The position numbers were made by a program, and so were the translations under genes. Shown piece by piece: positions 26,570 to 35,659 of a stretch of 64,000 nt of DNA. The notes beneath the pieces were generated by a model. It saw nothing but the letters and a program-made list of their open reading frames with translations, searched no databases and was not told where the DNA came from. Source of the DNA: an uncultured Armatimonadetes bacterium. Its GTDB lineage: Bacteria; Armatimonadota; Hebobacteria; Hebobacterales; Hebobacteraceae. How positions within the stretch are numbered: the stretch's first letter is position 1; each line of letters opens with the position of its first letter. Location: contig OY970296.1 in assembly GCA_963716175.1 (NCBI GenBank), positions 3,360,001-3,424,000 on the forward strand, written 5' to 3'.

Positions 26570-28342
26570 GTGCGGACTGAGCATTTCTTTGCGCCCACAC
26601 TGAGGCAGGTGTCGGGGGAGGTGGAGATGGCGAGCCACCGCCTGCTGCTGCGCGGCGGATTCATCCGGCAGGTGGCCGCGGGTATCTACTCACTGCTGCC
26701 ATTGGGGCTGCGGGTGGTGCGCAAGATCGAGACCATCGTGCGGGAGGAGATGGACGCGGCGGGCGCGCAGGAGGTGTTCCTGCCCACTCTGCATCCGCTG
26801 GAGCTGTGGGAGAAAAGCGGCCGCACTGCCTACTGGGGGCCTGAGCTGATGCGCCTGGAGGATCGCAGCGGCCGGGCCTACTGCCTGGGAGGCACCCACG
26901 AGGAGGTGATCACGGACCTGGTGGGCTCGGCGGTGAAGTCCTACCGGGAGCTGCCTTTCACCCTGTACCAGATCCAGGTCAAGTTCCGCGACGAGGTGCG
27001 GCCCCGGGGTGGACTGGTCCGCGCCCGCGAGTTCACGATGAAGGATGCCTACAGCTTCGACCGCGATGTGCCCGGCCTCGACCACTCCTATGACGCCATG
27101 CTGGGCGCCTATCGCAAGATCATGGAGCGAATCGGGATTCCCCATTATCTCGCCGACGCCTCGGCCGCCGGCATCGGGGGCTGGGACACGCGGGAATTCG
27201 TGCTGCCCTGCGAGAGCGGAGAGAGCTATTATCTGAGGTGTGACACCTGTGATCGTCATGCCGCGCCGGAGGTGGCGGAGTTCGCCCCGTCTCCGGTCGC
27301 GGCATCGCCAGAGTCGCCGGCCCCGGTGGAGCCGGTAGCCACCCCTGACCAGCGAACCATCGAGCAGGTGACGGCCTTCCTGGGAGTGCCAGCGCGGCGG
27401 CTGGTGAAGACCCTGCTCTACCGGGTGGCTAGCTCTTCGACCGCCATGGCGGCCGGCAAAGCAGGCCTAGCCACGGACGGGCGGGTGGTGGCGGCCTTGG
27501 TGCGGGGCGACCGCGAGCTGAGCGAAGATAAGCTGAAGGCGGCGGCGGGGGCGAGTAAGCTGCTGATGGCCGACGCGCTCACAGTGCAGCAGGTGAGCGG
27601 GGCGCCGGTGGGATTCGCGGGCCCGGTGGGATTGGGGGACGTCGAGATCATCGCCGACGAGGAGCTGCGGGGGGAGCGCAACTTCGTGACCGGCGGAAAC
27701 GCAGCCGATCTGCACCTGCGCAATGTGAACTGGGGGCGCGATTTCGCCGTCTCCCGGTGGGCGCAACTGCGCCGGGGAGAGGCGGGCAACCTCTGCGCCG
27801 GGTGCGGCCAGCCGCTCCAGGGTTACCGCGGCATCGAGCTCGCCCACATCTTCAAGCTGGGCAGCATCTACAGCGAGCCGTTAGGGGCCTACTACCTGGA
27901 TGAGGAGGGCCAGCGCAGGCCGATTATAATGGGGTGCTATGGGTTCGGCAGCACCCGGATGATGGCGGCGCTGGCGGAGCATTTCCATGATGATTCGGGG
28001 CTGATCTGGCCGGCTTCAGTGGCGCCTTTTGACGTGGTCGTGATTCCGGTGAATCATGATGACACGACCCAGCGCGAGCTGGCCGAGCGCATCTACGGCG
28101 AGCTGGCAGGCGCCGGGCTGGATGCTCTGCTGGAGGACCGGCCGGAGCGACCTGGGGTGAAGTTCAAGGACGCGGATCTCATTGGCATCCCGGGGCAGGT
28201 GGTGGTGGGGCGGCTGGCCGGGGAGGGTAAGGTCGAGGTGAGGCGGCGGGGAGGGGAGAGCAGGACGGTGGAGGTCGGCCAGGCGCTCGGCGCGGTGCAA
28301 GACCTGCTGGGGAGAAAGCAGAAAGGAGAGGGAAGAGAGTAG
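26570..28342 (+). CDS. proS: Prolyl-tRNA synthetase (bacterial type with INS editing domain)
   Basis: SHRLLLRGGFIRQ, THEEVI, FRDEVRPRGG, REFTMKDAYSF, MGCYGFG and GVKFKDADLIG. Confidence 0.96.
   Translation: MRTEHFFAPTLRQVSGEVEMASHRLLLRGGFIRQVAAGIYSLLPLGLRVVRKIETIVREEMDAAGAQEVFLPTLHPLELWEKSGRTAYWGPELMRLEDRSGRAYCLGGTHEEVITDLVGSAVKSYRELPFTLYQIQVKFRDEVRPRGGLVRAREFTMKDAYSFDRDVPGLDHSYDAMLGAYRKIMERIGIPHYLADASAAGIGGWDTREFVLPCESGESYYLRCDTCDRHAAPEVAEFAPSPVAASPESPAPVEPVATPDQRTIEQVTAFLGVPARRLVKTLLYRVASSSTAMAAGKAGLATDGRVVAALVRGDRELSEDKLKAAAGASKLLMADALTVQQVSGAPVGFAGPVGLGDVEIIADEELRGERNFVTGGNAADLHLRNVNWGRDFAVSRWAQLRRGEAGNLCAGCGQPLQGYRGIELAHIFKLGSIYSEPLGAYYLDEEGQRRPIIMGCYGFGSTRMMAALAEHFHDDSGLIWPASVAPFDVVVIPVNHDDTTQRELAERIYGELAGAGLDALLEDRPERPGVKFKDADLIGIPGQVVVGRLAGEGKVEVRRRGGESRTVEVGQALGAVQDLLGRKQKGEGRE
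27425..27474. repeat. 50-nt inverted-repeat element in frame inside proS
   Basis: GTGGCTAG...CCGCCATGGCGG...CTAGCCAC; encodes VASSSTAMAAGKAGLAT. Confidence 0.75.
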
Positions 28343-28396
28343 GAAAGACCAGCCAACCCTGTCGGTCGCTTCTCTACTTTCCACTCTCTGTTCTCC
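28313..28396. repeat. Inverted heptamer arrays (purine arm and pyrimidine arm) at the proS 3' end
   Basis: AGAAAGC-AGAAAGG-AGAGGGA-AGAGAGT followed by CTTCTCT-ACTTTCC-ACTCTCT-GTTCTCC. Confidence 0.65.
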
Positions 28397-28403
28397 AACT
28401 GAC

Positions 28404-29057
28404 ATGCCCTATCCCGTTGATGTGCTGATCAAGATCATACTGGCGGCGGTGTTCGGAGGGGTGGTGGGGTGGCAGCGGGAGGCGCGCTTCCGGCCCGCGG
28501 GGCTGCGCACGCACGTGCTGGTGTGCGTGGGGTCGGCGGTCTACACTCTCGCCTCGGTCAGCTTCTCGGGCAACGCCGACCCCAGCCGGATCGCCTCCCA
28601 GGTGGCCACCGGGATGGGTTTCCTGGGGGCGGGCACCATCATCCGTCATGGCAGCATCGTGCGCGGTCTGACCACGGCCGCCAGCCTCTGGGCGGTAGCT
28701 GCGGTGGGCATCTGCGCGGCGCTGGGGGGCCGGCTGTTCTGGGTGGCGGGGATCGCGACGGTGGTGGTGCTGATCACGCTCACGGTGCTGCGGCAGGTGG
28801 AGCGGAGGGTGCTGGCCCGGGGACACTTCGCCACCCTGGTGCTGCAGCTGCCTGACGTCAGGTCGCGGATCGGCGAGATCCATCGCGCGCTGCAGGCGAA
28901 GGGGGTGCGAATGGACTCGCTGCAGATCACCGAGGTGGGGCCTGGCGGCCTGCAGGAGATGGAGATCAGCATCCGAGTGGCGCCGGATGCCGACCTGAGC
29001 GCAGTGCTCGCCGACCTGGCGCGAATGGAGGGGTTCGCCTCTCTGCGGCAGGAGTGA
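28404..29057 (+). CDS. MgtC/SapB family membrane protein
   Basis: RPAGLRTHVLV, DPSRIASQVATGMGFLGAG and GLTTAASLW. Confidence 0.92.
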   Translation: MPYPVDVLIKIILAAVFGGVVGWQREARFRPAGLRTHVLVCVGSAVYTLASVSFSGNADPSRIASQVATGMGFLGAGTIIRHGSIVRGLTTAASLWAVAAVGICAALGGRLFWVAGIATVVVLITLTVLRQVERRVLARGHFATLVLQLPDVRSRIGEIHRALQAKGVRMDSLQITEVGPGGLQEMEISIRVAPDADLSAVLADLARMEGFASLRQE

Positions 29058-29153
29058 CGTAGTGGGTGCCTCCTCCCTTGCTGTATTCGAGAGGGGAGGG
29101 AGGCCCCTGTCTTCTCGATGCTCTCCCCACCCCTTCGTCAGGGGGTGGGCTGC

Positions 29154-29182
29154 TTGTCAAGAGGAGGGGGCTATGCTATACT
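29154..29182 (+). promoter_or_regulatory. Promoter of the nusA-infB operon
   Basis: TTGTCA-17 nt-TATACT with extended -10 TG. Confidence 0.75.
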
Positions 29183-29221
29183 GATGCCGCGGGCTGGATT
29201 TGTCGCACTCGTGCGTGACCG

Positions 29222-29245
29222 AAGAGTGGGCGTAGTCCCACTCTT
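29222..29245 (+). promoter_or_regulatory. rimP(ylxS)-leader-like hairpin
   Basis: AAGAGTGGG-CGTAGT-CCCACTCTT, resembling the AGAGTGGG/CCCACTCT hairpin found ahead of rimP-nusA operons. Confidence 0.65.
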
Positions 29246-29316
29246 TGGCGTTACAGTGTGGTTTCGGGCCCGGAGGCCCGAAGCCTGGGACGGTGCTGCG
29301 AGGAAGCGGAAGAACG

Positions 29317-30585
29317 ATGCAAGTGGACTTCGTCCAAGCCTTGCGAGATCTGGGCCGGGAGAAGGATATCCCGCTCGAAACCCTGAGCGAGATCATCGAA
29401 GCGGCACTGGTCTCCGCCTATAAGAAGCATTTCGGGGCGGCCTCGGAGATCCACGTGGACATTGACTGGGATGCGGGGACGGCGGTGGTGTTCGCCCGGA
29501 AGCGGGTGGTGGAGCACGTAGAGAACCCGCATGCCGAGATGTCGCTGGCCGAGGCGCGTCGGCTGGACCCCACAGTGGAGGAGGGAGAGAGTCTCGATAT
29601 CGAGGTGTCGCCGGCGGAGTTCGGGCGGATTGCGGCTCAGACCGCGAAGCAAGTGGTGGCTCAGCGCGTCCGGGAGGCGGAGCGGGAGATCATCTACACC
29701 GAGTTCAGCAACCGGGATGGGGATGTGGTCACCGGTGTGGTGCAGCGGCGGGAAGGCCGCACCGTGCTGATTGACCTGGGGAAGGTGGAAGCGGTGCTGC
29801 CGGTCTCCGAGCAGAGCGCGCTGGATAGCTATCGCTTTGGCGAGCGCCTGAAGGTCTACATCCTGGAGGTGAAGCGCACCACGAAGACGCCGCGGGTGCT
29901 GGTGTCCCGCAGCCATCCGGGTTTGCTGCGGCGGTTGTTCGAACTGGAAGTGCCCGAGGTGCACGATGGAGTGGTGGAGATGAAGGCCCAGGCGCGTGAA
30001 GCGGGGGCGCGCAGCAAAGTCGCGGTCTGGTCCCGCCAGGAGAATGTGGACCCGGTGGGGGCGTGCGTCGGACACCGCGGCAGCCGGGTGCAGTCGGTGG
30101 TGGATGAGCTGCGGGGTGAGAAGGTGGACATCGTGCGTTGGAGCGACGAGTCGGCGAAGTACGTGGCCAGCGCGCTCAGCCCGGCGAAGGTGAGCAGAGT
30201 CATCATCGATGAGAGGACCAGGTCGGCGACGGTTGTGGCGCCGGATAACCAGCTCTCGCTGGCCATCGGGCGGGAGGGGCAAAACGTGCGCCTGGCAGCG
30301 CGGCTGACGGGCTGGCGCATTGACATCCGCAGCGAAGCCCAGATGGCGGAGCAGGAGGCGGCGGCGCAGGCCGCGGCGGCCGCTTCCAGGGGCGAGCAGG
30401 CGCCCGCGGTGGAGGCGCCGGTGGAACAGGCACCGGAGATAGGAGAGACCGCGGCCCCCGGGCTGGCCGAGGAGGCGGAAGCTGCGGCGCTGGCTGGCGA
30501 AGGGGTGGCGGGCGTGGGAGTGCCTGCTCTGAAGGACAGTGGGACGGGGGGAGACTCCTCGTCGTCTGCTGAGGCACAGCAATGA
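29317..30585 (+). CDS. nusA: Transcription termination/antitermination factor NusA
   Basis: FGRIAAQTAKQV, S1 and KH domains (DPVGACVG, LSLAIGREGQNVRLAARLTGW). Confidence 0.97.
   Translation: MQVDFVQALRDLGREKDIPLETLSEIIEAALVSAYKKHFGAASEIHVDIDWDAGTAVVFARKRVVEHVENPHAEMSLAEARRLDPTVEEGESLDIEVSPAEFGRIAAQTAKQVVAQRVREAEREIIYTEFSNRDGDVVTGVVQRREGRTVLIDLGKVEAVLPVSEQSALDSYRFGERLKVYILEVKRTTKTPRVLVSRSHPGLLRRLFELEVPEVHDGVVEMKAQAREAGARSKVAVWSRQENVDPVGACVGHRGSRVQSVVDELRGEKVDIVRWSDESAKYVASALSPAKVSRVIIDERTRSATVVAPDNQLSLAIGREGQNVRLAARLTGWRIDIRSEAQMAEQEAAAQAAAAASRGEQAPAVEAPVEQAPEIGETAAPGLAEEAEAAALAGEGVAGVGVPALKDSGTGGDSSSSAEAQQ
30507..30533. repeat. Degenerate REP-like copy in the NusA C-terminal tail
   Basis: GGCGGGCGT-GGGA-GTGCCTGCT-CTGAA; encodes AGVGVPALK. 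Confidence 0.6.
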
Positions 30586-30887
30586 CGCCTCCCAAGCACG
30601 TGCCCCAGCGAAGTTGCGTAGCCTGTCGCACCGCGCGGGGGAAGTGGGAGCTGGTGCGGGTGGTGCGCACGCCGCTGGGTGCGGTGCAGGTGGACCCGAC
30701 GGGGAAGCTGGCCGGGCGCGGCGCCTACCTCTGCCGGAACGAGGCTTGTCTGGCGCAGGCCGTGAAGCAGAAGAAGCTGAACCGGGCGCTGGGAGTGGCG
30801 GTGGAGGCGGGGCTGGCGGAGGAGTTGAGGCAGCAGTTGAGCGGGAGCCAGGGAGTGCAGGCGAGGGACAGGCGAGGCGAGCGCTAG
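30582..30887 (+). CDS. ylxR: YlxR/RnpM family protein
   Basis: PQRSCVAC and GRGAYLC...C; lies between nusA and infB. Confidence 0.92.
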   Translation: MTPPKHVPQRSCVACRTARGKWELVRVVRTPLGAVQVDPTGKLAGRGAYLCRNEACLAQAVKQKKLNRALGVAVEAGLAEELRQQLSGSQGVQARDRRGER

Positions 30888-33020
30888 ATGAGGGTATATG
30901 AGCTCGCAAGAGAACTGGGCGTGCCGGGGAGGGACATCCTCCTGCTCCTGGAGGAGCTGGGGGTGGGGGGCCGCACGGCCAGCTCCAGTCTGCCGCCGGA
31001 ATATCTGGATGTGATCCGGGTGCGACTGGGCCATGGGCCCAGGGCAGCCGCCCCAGCGGCCCCAGCAGTGGCAGAGAAGCCGAAGGAGGCGCCGGCCCCA
31101 GCTGCTCCTCCGCCTGTGGTTGAAGCCCCGGCCGAACCGGCGGTGGTGATGGAAGAGGAGACCGGGACCCTTACTCTGAAGCCGCCGGTGAGCGTAGCCG
31201 TCTTCGCCACTGCGCTCGACACCGATGCCGAGAACGTGATCAGCGCCGCCGCCGGCCTGGGGGAGTCGGTGGGAGAGCAGGATGCTATCTCGGCGGAGCT
31301 GGCGGTGCTGATCGGTGAGCAGTGGGGCTACACGATCAAGATCGAGGCACCGGCCGTGGTGGAGGAGGCGCCGCCTCCAGTGGCGGCGCCGGCGGCAGAG
31401 GCGCTGGCGGCCGAGGTCGTGCTGCCGAGAGCGGCTGCGCCTGCCGCGGTGGCACCGCTCCCGCCCAAGCGAGTGGTGCCCAGGCGAGTGGCGGCGGCAG
31501 ACGCGCCCATCAGGCCGCCGGTGGTCACCGTGATGGGGCACGTGGATCACGGGAAGACCACGCTGCTGGATGCTATCCGCGAGACCAATGTCGCGGCCAG
31601 CGAGGCCGGGGCGATCACTCAGCATATCGGGGCCTACCAGGTGGAGGTGAACGGGCGGCGCATCACTTTCATTGACACCCCCGGACATGAGGCCTTCACC
31701 GCGATGAGGGCGCGGGGCGCCCAGGTGACCGATATCGCGGTGCTGGTGGTGGCAGCGGATGACGGGGTGATGCCCCAGACGCTGGAGGCCATTGACCATG
31801 CCCAGGCGGCGGGCGTACCCATCATCGTGGCCATCAACAAGATCGACCGCCCCAACGCCGGCGTGGAGCAGATCAAGCAGCGGCTGTCCGAGAGGAACCT
31901 GGTGCCGGAGGAATGGGGCGGTGAGACCCTCTACGTGCCGATCTCGGCCTTGCAGAAGGTAGGGGTGCAGGAGCTGCTGGAGATGATCCTGCTGGTGGCG
32001 GACATGCGGGAGCTGCGGGCGCGCAAGCAGGGGGTTGCCGAGGGGGTGGTGCTGGAAGCGGAGCTGGACCGGCGGCGGGGCTCGGTGGCGACGCTGTTGG
32101 TGCAGGAGGGCACGCTGCGAGCGGGCGACAGCATCGTGGCGGGACCGGTGTCCGGCAAGGCCAGGGCAATGACGGATGACCTTGGGCGCCGGCTGACGGA
32201 GGCCGGGCCGTCTACGCCGGTGCAGGTCATGGGGCTGGCCGATGTGCCGGAGGCGAGCGAGCTGTTTCGGGTGGTGAGCAGCGACCGGGAAGCGCGGGTG
32301 CTGGCCGATGAGCAGCGCCTGGTCCGACGCAGCGCGGAGCTGGTGGCGGTGGGGCCTCGATCCATGATGGAGATCTCCCGGCTGTTTGCGGCGGGAGAGA
32401 GCAAGGTACTGAACCTGATCCTCAAGGCCGATGCCCAGGGCACGGTGGAAGCGATCAGCGACGCACTGCTCCAGATGCAGACCGAAGAGGTGAAGATCGC
32501 CCTGCTCCACACCGGGGTGGGAGAGGTGACCGAATCCGATGTCAGCCTGGCGGCGGCCTCCAAACCCACGGTGATCATCGGCTTCCAGGTGGGCGCTGAT
32601 ACCCAGGCGCGGGGGCTGGCGGCGGACGAGCACATCGAGATCCGCCGCTACCAGGTGATCTACGACCTGCTCGACGACGTGCGCCAGACCATGATCGGAA
32701 TGCTGGAGGCGGTGACGGAGGAGGCGGTGGTGGGCCGGGCGGAGGTGCGGGCGCTCTTCCGGTCCTCCCGGGTGGGCACGATCGCGGGGTGCTATGTGGG
32801 GGAGGGGCGCCTGATGCGGGGAGCACTAGTGCGGATACGGCGGCGCGGGGCGGTAGTCTACGAGGGCCGACTGGACTCCCTGCGGCACCTGAAGGAGGAT
32901 GTGACCGAGATCACCCAGGGCTTCGAGTGTGGGATCGCCATCCAGGGCTTCGACGGTTTCGAGGTGGGGGACGAGATCGAGTGTGTGGAGCGCCGGGAGG
33001 TGCGGCGGCTTGTCCTATAA
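30888..33020 (+). CDS. infB: Translation initiation factor IF-2
   Basis: [35 protein letters not shown] and INKID. Confidence 0.97.
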   Translation: MRVYELARELGVPGRDILLLLEELGVGGRTASSSLPPEYLDVIRVRLGHGPRAAAPAAPAVAEKPKEAPAPAAPPPVVEAPAEPAVVMEEETGTLTLKPPVSVAVFATALDTDAENVISAAAGLGESVGEQDAISAELAVLIGEQWGYTIKIEAPAVVEEAPPPVAAPAAEALAAEVVLPRAAAPAAVAPLPPKRVVPRRVAAADAPIRPPVVTVMGHVDHGKTTLLDAIRETNVAASEAGAITQHIGAYQVEVNGRRITFIDTPGHEAFTAMRARGAQVTDIAVLVVAADDGVMPQTLEAIDHAQAAGVPIIVAINKIDRPNAGVEQIKQRLSERNLVPEEWGGETLYVPISALQKVGVQELLEMILLVADMRELRARKQGVAEGVVLEAELDRRRGSVATLLVQEGTLRAGDSIVAGPVSGKARAMTDDLGRRLTEAGPSTPVQVMGLADVPEASELFRVVSSDREARVLADEQRLVRRSAELVAVGPRSMMEISRLFAAGESKVLNLILKADAQGTVEAISDALLQMQTEEVKIALLHTGVGEVTESDVSLAAASKPTVIIGFQVGADTQARGLAADEHIEIRRYQVIYDLLDDVRQTMIGMLEAVTEEAVVGRAEVRALFRSSRVGTIAGCYVGEGRLMRGALVRIRRRGAVVYEGRLDSLRHLKEDVTEITQGFECGIAIQGFDGFEVGDEIECVERREVRRLVL

Positions 33021-33033
33021 TAAGGCGCCGACT

Positions 33034-33315
33034 CTGCATATTGCGGCCCTCAGCGTGGAGCTGGAGATCACCGATGGCATTACACTCAAGGACAAGCGCC
33101 AGGTGATCCGCAGCCTGCTGGACCGCATCCGCGATCGGTTCAACGTGAGCGCGGCCGAGGTGGGCAACCTGGACTCGCCGCGCTACGCCACCCTGGCGGC
33201 GGTGGTGGTGGCGAACGAGCATGCGTTCGTGGACCGGGTGATGTCGAGGGTGGCCAGCTTCATCGAGGGGGAGCCGCGGGTGGTGGTGCTGGCGCAAGAT
33301 CTCGAACACCTGTGA
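33034..33315 (+). CDS. DUF503/YlxP family protein (probable CTG start)
   Basis: LKDKRQVIRSL and FNVSAAEV; syntenic between infB and rbfA. Confidence 0.82.
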   Translation: MHIAALSVELEITDGITLKDKRQVIRSLLDRIRDRFNVSAAEVGNLDSPRYATLAAVVVANEHAFVDRVMSRVASFIEGEPRVVVLAQDLEHL

Positions 33316-33368
33316 AGGCCCCGGCGGGGCCGCATCTCCCATCCCTCCGACCCGCGCGGTGAACTGGC

Positions 33369-33764
33369 ATGGCCTCGCAGCGCGTGCAGCGCGTTCAGAA
33401 CTTGCTGCGTGCAGAGATCAGCACGGTGCTTCAGCGGAAGCTGAAGGACCCGCGGGTGACCATGGTCACGATCAGCTACGTGGAGGCGGCCCCGGACCTG
33501 CACGAGGCGCGAGTCTTCGTGAGCGTGTATGGTGACCGCGAGACGCAAGAGGTCGCCTTGGAGGGTTTGAGAAGCGCGGCCGGCTTCATCCGCGCGGAAC
33601 TGATGAAGGTGCTGCACCTGCGCCCGATGCCCCATCTCGATTTCCGGACCGACGAGTCTCTGGCGCGGGGAGCCCACACCCTGGACCTGCTGGAGCAGCT
33701 GGAACATGAGCAGGAAGGCCGCGAGGGCAGCGCGGGATCAAGCCATCGCGCTGATTCGGAGTAG
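33369..33764 (+). CDS. rbfA: Ribosome-binding factor A
   Basis: LKDPR, DLHEARVFVS, AAGFIR and LRPMPHLDF..D.S. Confidence 0.93.
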   Translation: MASQRVQRVQNLLRAEISTVLQRKLKDPRVTMVTISYVEAAPDLHEARVFVSVYGDRETQEVALEGLRSAAGFIRAELMKVLHLRPMPHLDFRTDESLARGAHTLDLLEQLEHEQEGREGSAGSSHRADSE

Positions 33765-34707
33765 CGAACAAGTCTTTGTCGGTACCCATCTGCGGCCCGA
33801 CGGCGATGCCCTGGGGTCGCTGCTCGGGCTCTCTCTGGCGCTGGAGAAGATGGGGCTGCGGGTGGTCCGGCTGTGTGTGGACCCGGCGCCGGCGGTGTAC
33901 CGCTTTCTCCCCGGTTCCGAGCGCATCCAGCAGCAGGCGCCCCCCTGGCGGCCCCAGGTGGGAGTGGTGGTGGACTGCGACGGGCTGGCGCGGGTGGGAG
34001 GCCTGGAGCCGGTGTTCGCTTCCCTGCCGCACCTGATTGACATTGACCACCACGGCACCAACCAGACCTTCGGCGAGGTGCAAGTGGTTGATCCCAGCGC
34101 CGGGGCCTGCTCGGAGCTGGTGTTCGACCTGGTGCGCGCTCTCGATATCGCCGTGGACGCCGATATCGCGACCTGCCTATATGCCGGCATTCTCACCGAC
34201 ACCGGCCGGTTCTCCTATGCCAACACCACCCCTAGCAGCCTGAGGATCGCGGCCGAGCTGGTGAGGGCCGGGGCGCGGCCGGCCTTGATCGCGCGCAAAG
34301 TGTACGGGGAACGCTCTATCGCCGCCACCCACCTGCTGGGGGTCGCGCTGTCGCGGCTGTCGGCGCATTTCGCGGGGCAGGTGGTGAGCTCGACCCTGAT
34401 CCCGGCGGATTTCACGGCCACTGGTGCGGTGTCAGCAGATACCGAGGGGATCATTGACCACCTGCGGGCCATTGGCGGGCCTCGGGTTGCCCTGTTGTTC
34501 GTGCAGATGGAGGACGGCGAGGTGCGGGCGAGCCTGCGCTCGGATGGCAGCGTGGACGTGAGCGCGATCGCGCTCGCGTTCGACGGCGGAGGGCACGCCA
34601 TGGCGGCAGGCTGCACCTGTCCGGGGACGGTGGAAGAGGTGCGGGGACGGGTGCTGGCGGCAGTGGAGAAGTGGCTCTCGCAGTCGGGCGCGGACGATGC
34701 CGGCTGA
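33706..34707 (+). CDS. nrnA: DHH/DHHA1 phosphoesterase (nanoRNase NrnA)
   Basis: HLRPDGDALGS, IDHH, TDTGRF, SLRS and GGGHAMAAG. Confidence 0.92.
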   Translation: MSRKAARAARDQAIALIRSSEQVFVGTHLRPDGDALGSLLGLSLALEKMGLRVVRLCVDPAPAVYRFLPGSERIQQQAPPWRPQVGVVVDCDGLARVGGLEPVFASLPHLIDIDHHGTNQTFGEVQVVDPSAGACSELVFDLVRALDIAVDADIATCLYAGILTDTGRFSYANTTPSSLRIAAELVRAGARPALIARKVYGERSIAATHLLGVALSRLSAHFAGQVVSSTLIPADFTATGAVSADTEGIIDHLRAIGGPRVALLFVQMEDGEVRASLRSDGSVDVSAIALAFDGGGHAMAAGCTCPGTVEEVRGRVLAAVEKWLSQSGADDAG

Positions 34708-35659
34708 CGGATTCCTCAACCTGCTGAAGCCCCCTGGCATGACCTCGCACGATGTGGTGGCCTGGGTGCGGGCGCGGCTGGAGAGCCGGCGGGTGGGGCA
34801 CCTTGGGACCCTGGACCCGGCGGCGGCCGGGGTGCTCCCCATCTCCGTGGGACGGGCAACGCGGCTGTTCCAGTTCGCCGCCGGACAGGAGAAGAGCTAT
34901 CGCGCGGAGATCGTCTTCGGGCTGGCGACCGACACCATGGACGCCGAGGGAGCGATCACCGCGGAGGGCGACAGCAGCGCGCTGACGCGAGTGATGCTCA
35001 CCGACCTGTTGACGCGGCTGGTGGGCGAGATCGAGCAAACGCCGCCGGCTTACTCGGCCGTGCAGGCGAATGGCCGCAGGCTGTACGAGCTGGCGCGCCG
35101 GGGCGAAGCGCCGGCCGCGAGACCCCGCACGGTGCGGGTGGTCGGCTTGGACCTGATCGCATTCTGGCCCGGGCCCCGAGCGCGGGCGCTGGTGGATGTG
35201 GTGTGTGGGCCGGGCACTTACGTGCGGGCCCTGGCCGCGGATCTGGGCCAGGCCGCCCGTTGCGGGGCCTACCTGAGTTTCCTGGTGCGGACCAGGGTGG
35301 GCCGGTTCGAGATCGCCGATGCGCTGACCCTGGAGGAGTGCGAGGCGGCAGCAGAGCGAGGCGAGTTTGGCGAACTGGTCTTGCCCATGGACTGGCCGCT
35401 GGCGCATCTGCCGGCGGTCGAGCTGGATGGGCCGAACGCGTTGCGCTTCGTGCAAGGCACGAGAGTGACGACGGCGGAAGCGGCCAGAGCCGGCGGTCTG
35501 GGGACTGAAGTCCCGAGAGACCAGGCGGCGGGCGCGGGCGTGCCCGCCCTACAGCGCGTCTATGGAGTGGGAGGCCGGTTTCTGGGTCTGGGTGAGATGC
35601 TCAAGGGCCAACTGCGCCCCCAGGTGGTGCTGGCGGCACCGGAGGGCGGGGGGCCGTGA
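34697..35659 (+). CDS. truB: tRNA pseudouridine(55) synthase
   Basis: KPPGMTSHD, GHLGTLDP, QTPPAYSA and GTYVRAL. Confidence 0.95.
   Translation: MPADGFLNLLKPPGMTSHDVVAWVRARLESRRVGHLGTLDPAAAGVLPISVGRATRLFQFAAGQEKSYRAEIVFGLATDTMDAEGAITAEGDSSALTRVMLTDLLTRLVGEIEQTPPAYSAVQANGRRLYELARRGEAPAARPRTVRVVGLDLIAFWPGPRARALVDVVCGPGTYVRALAADLGQAARCGAYLSFLVRTRVGRFEIADALTLEECEAAAERGEFGELVLPMDWPLAHLPAVELDGPNALRFVQGTRVTTAEAARAGGLGTEVPRDQAAGAGVPALQRVYGVGGRFLGLGEMLKGQLRPQVVLAAPEGGGP
35497..35553. repeat. Tandem palindromes in frame in the truB PUA-domain loop
   Basis: GGGACT-GA-AGTCCC (35501-35514) and GGCGGGCGC-GGGC-GTGCCCGCC-CTACA (35527-35553). Confidence 0.8.

Noticed and set aside
30350-31500. Ala/Pro/Glu-rich repetitive stretches in the NusA tail and IF-2 N-terminus
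   Set aside because: These are ordinary low-complexity linkers for these proteins, apart from the one REP-like copy at 30507.
29856-32633. 925-aa minus-strand ORF and many other long antisense or alternative-frame ORFs (e.g. 20486-22210, 44937-46604, 60456-62045)
   Set aside because: They shadow well-identified genes, have low-complexity R/P/A/G/H composition and no motifs; this is expected in high-GC DNA.
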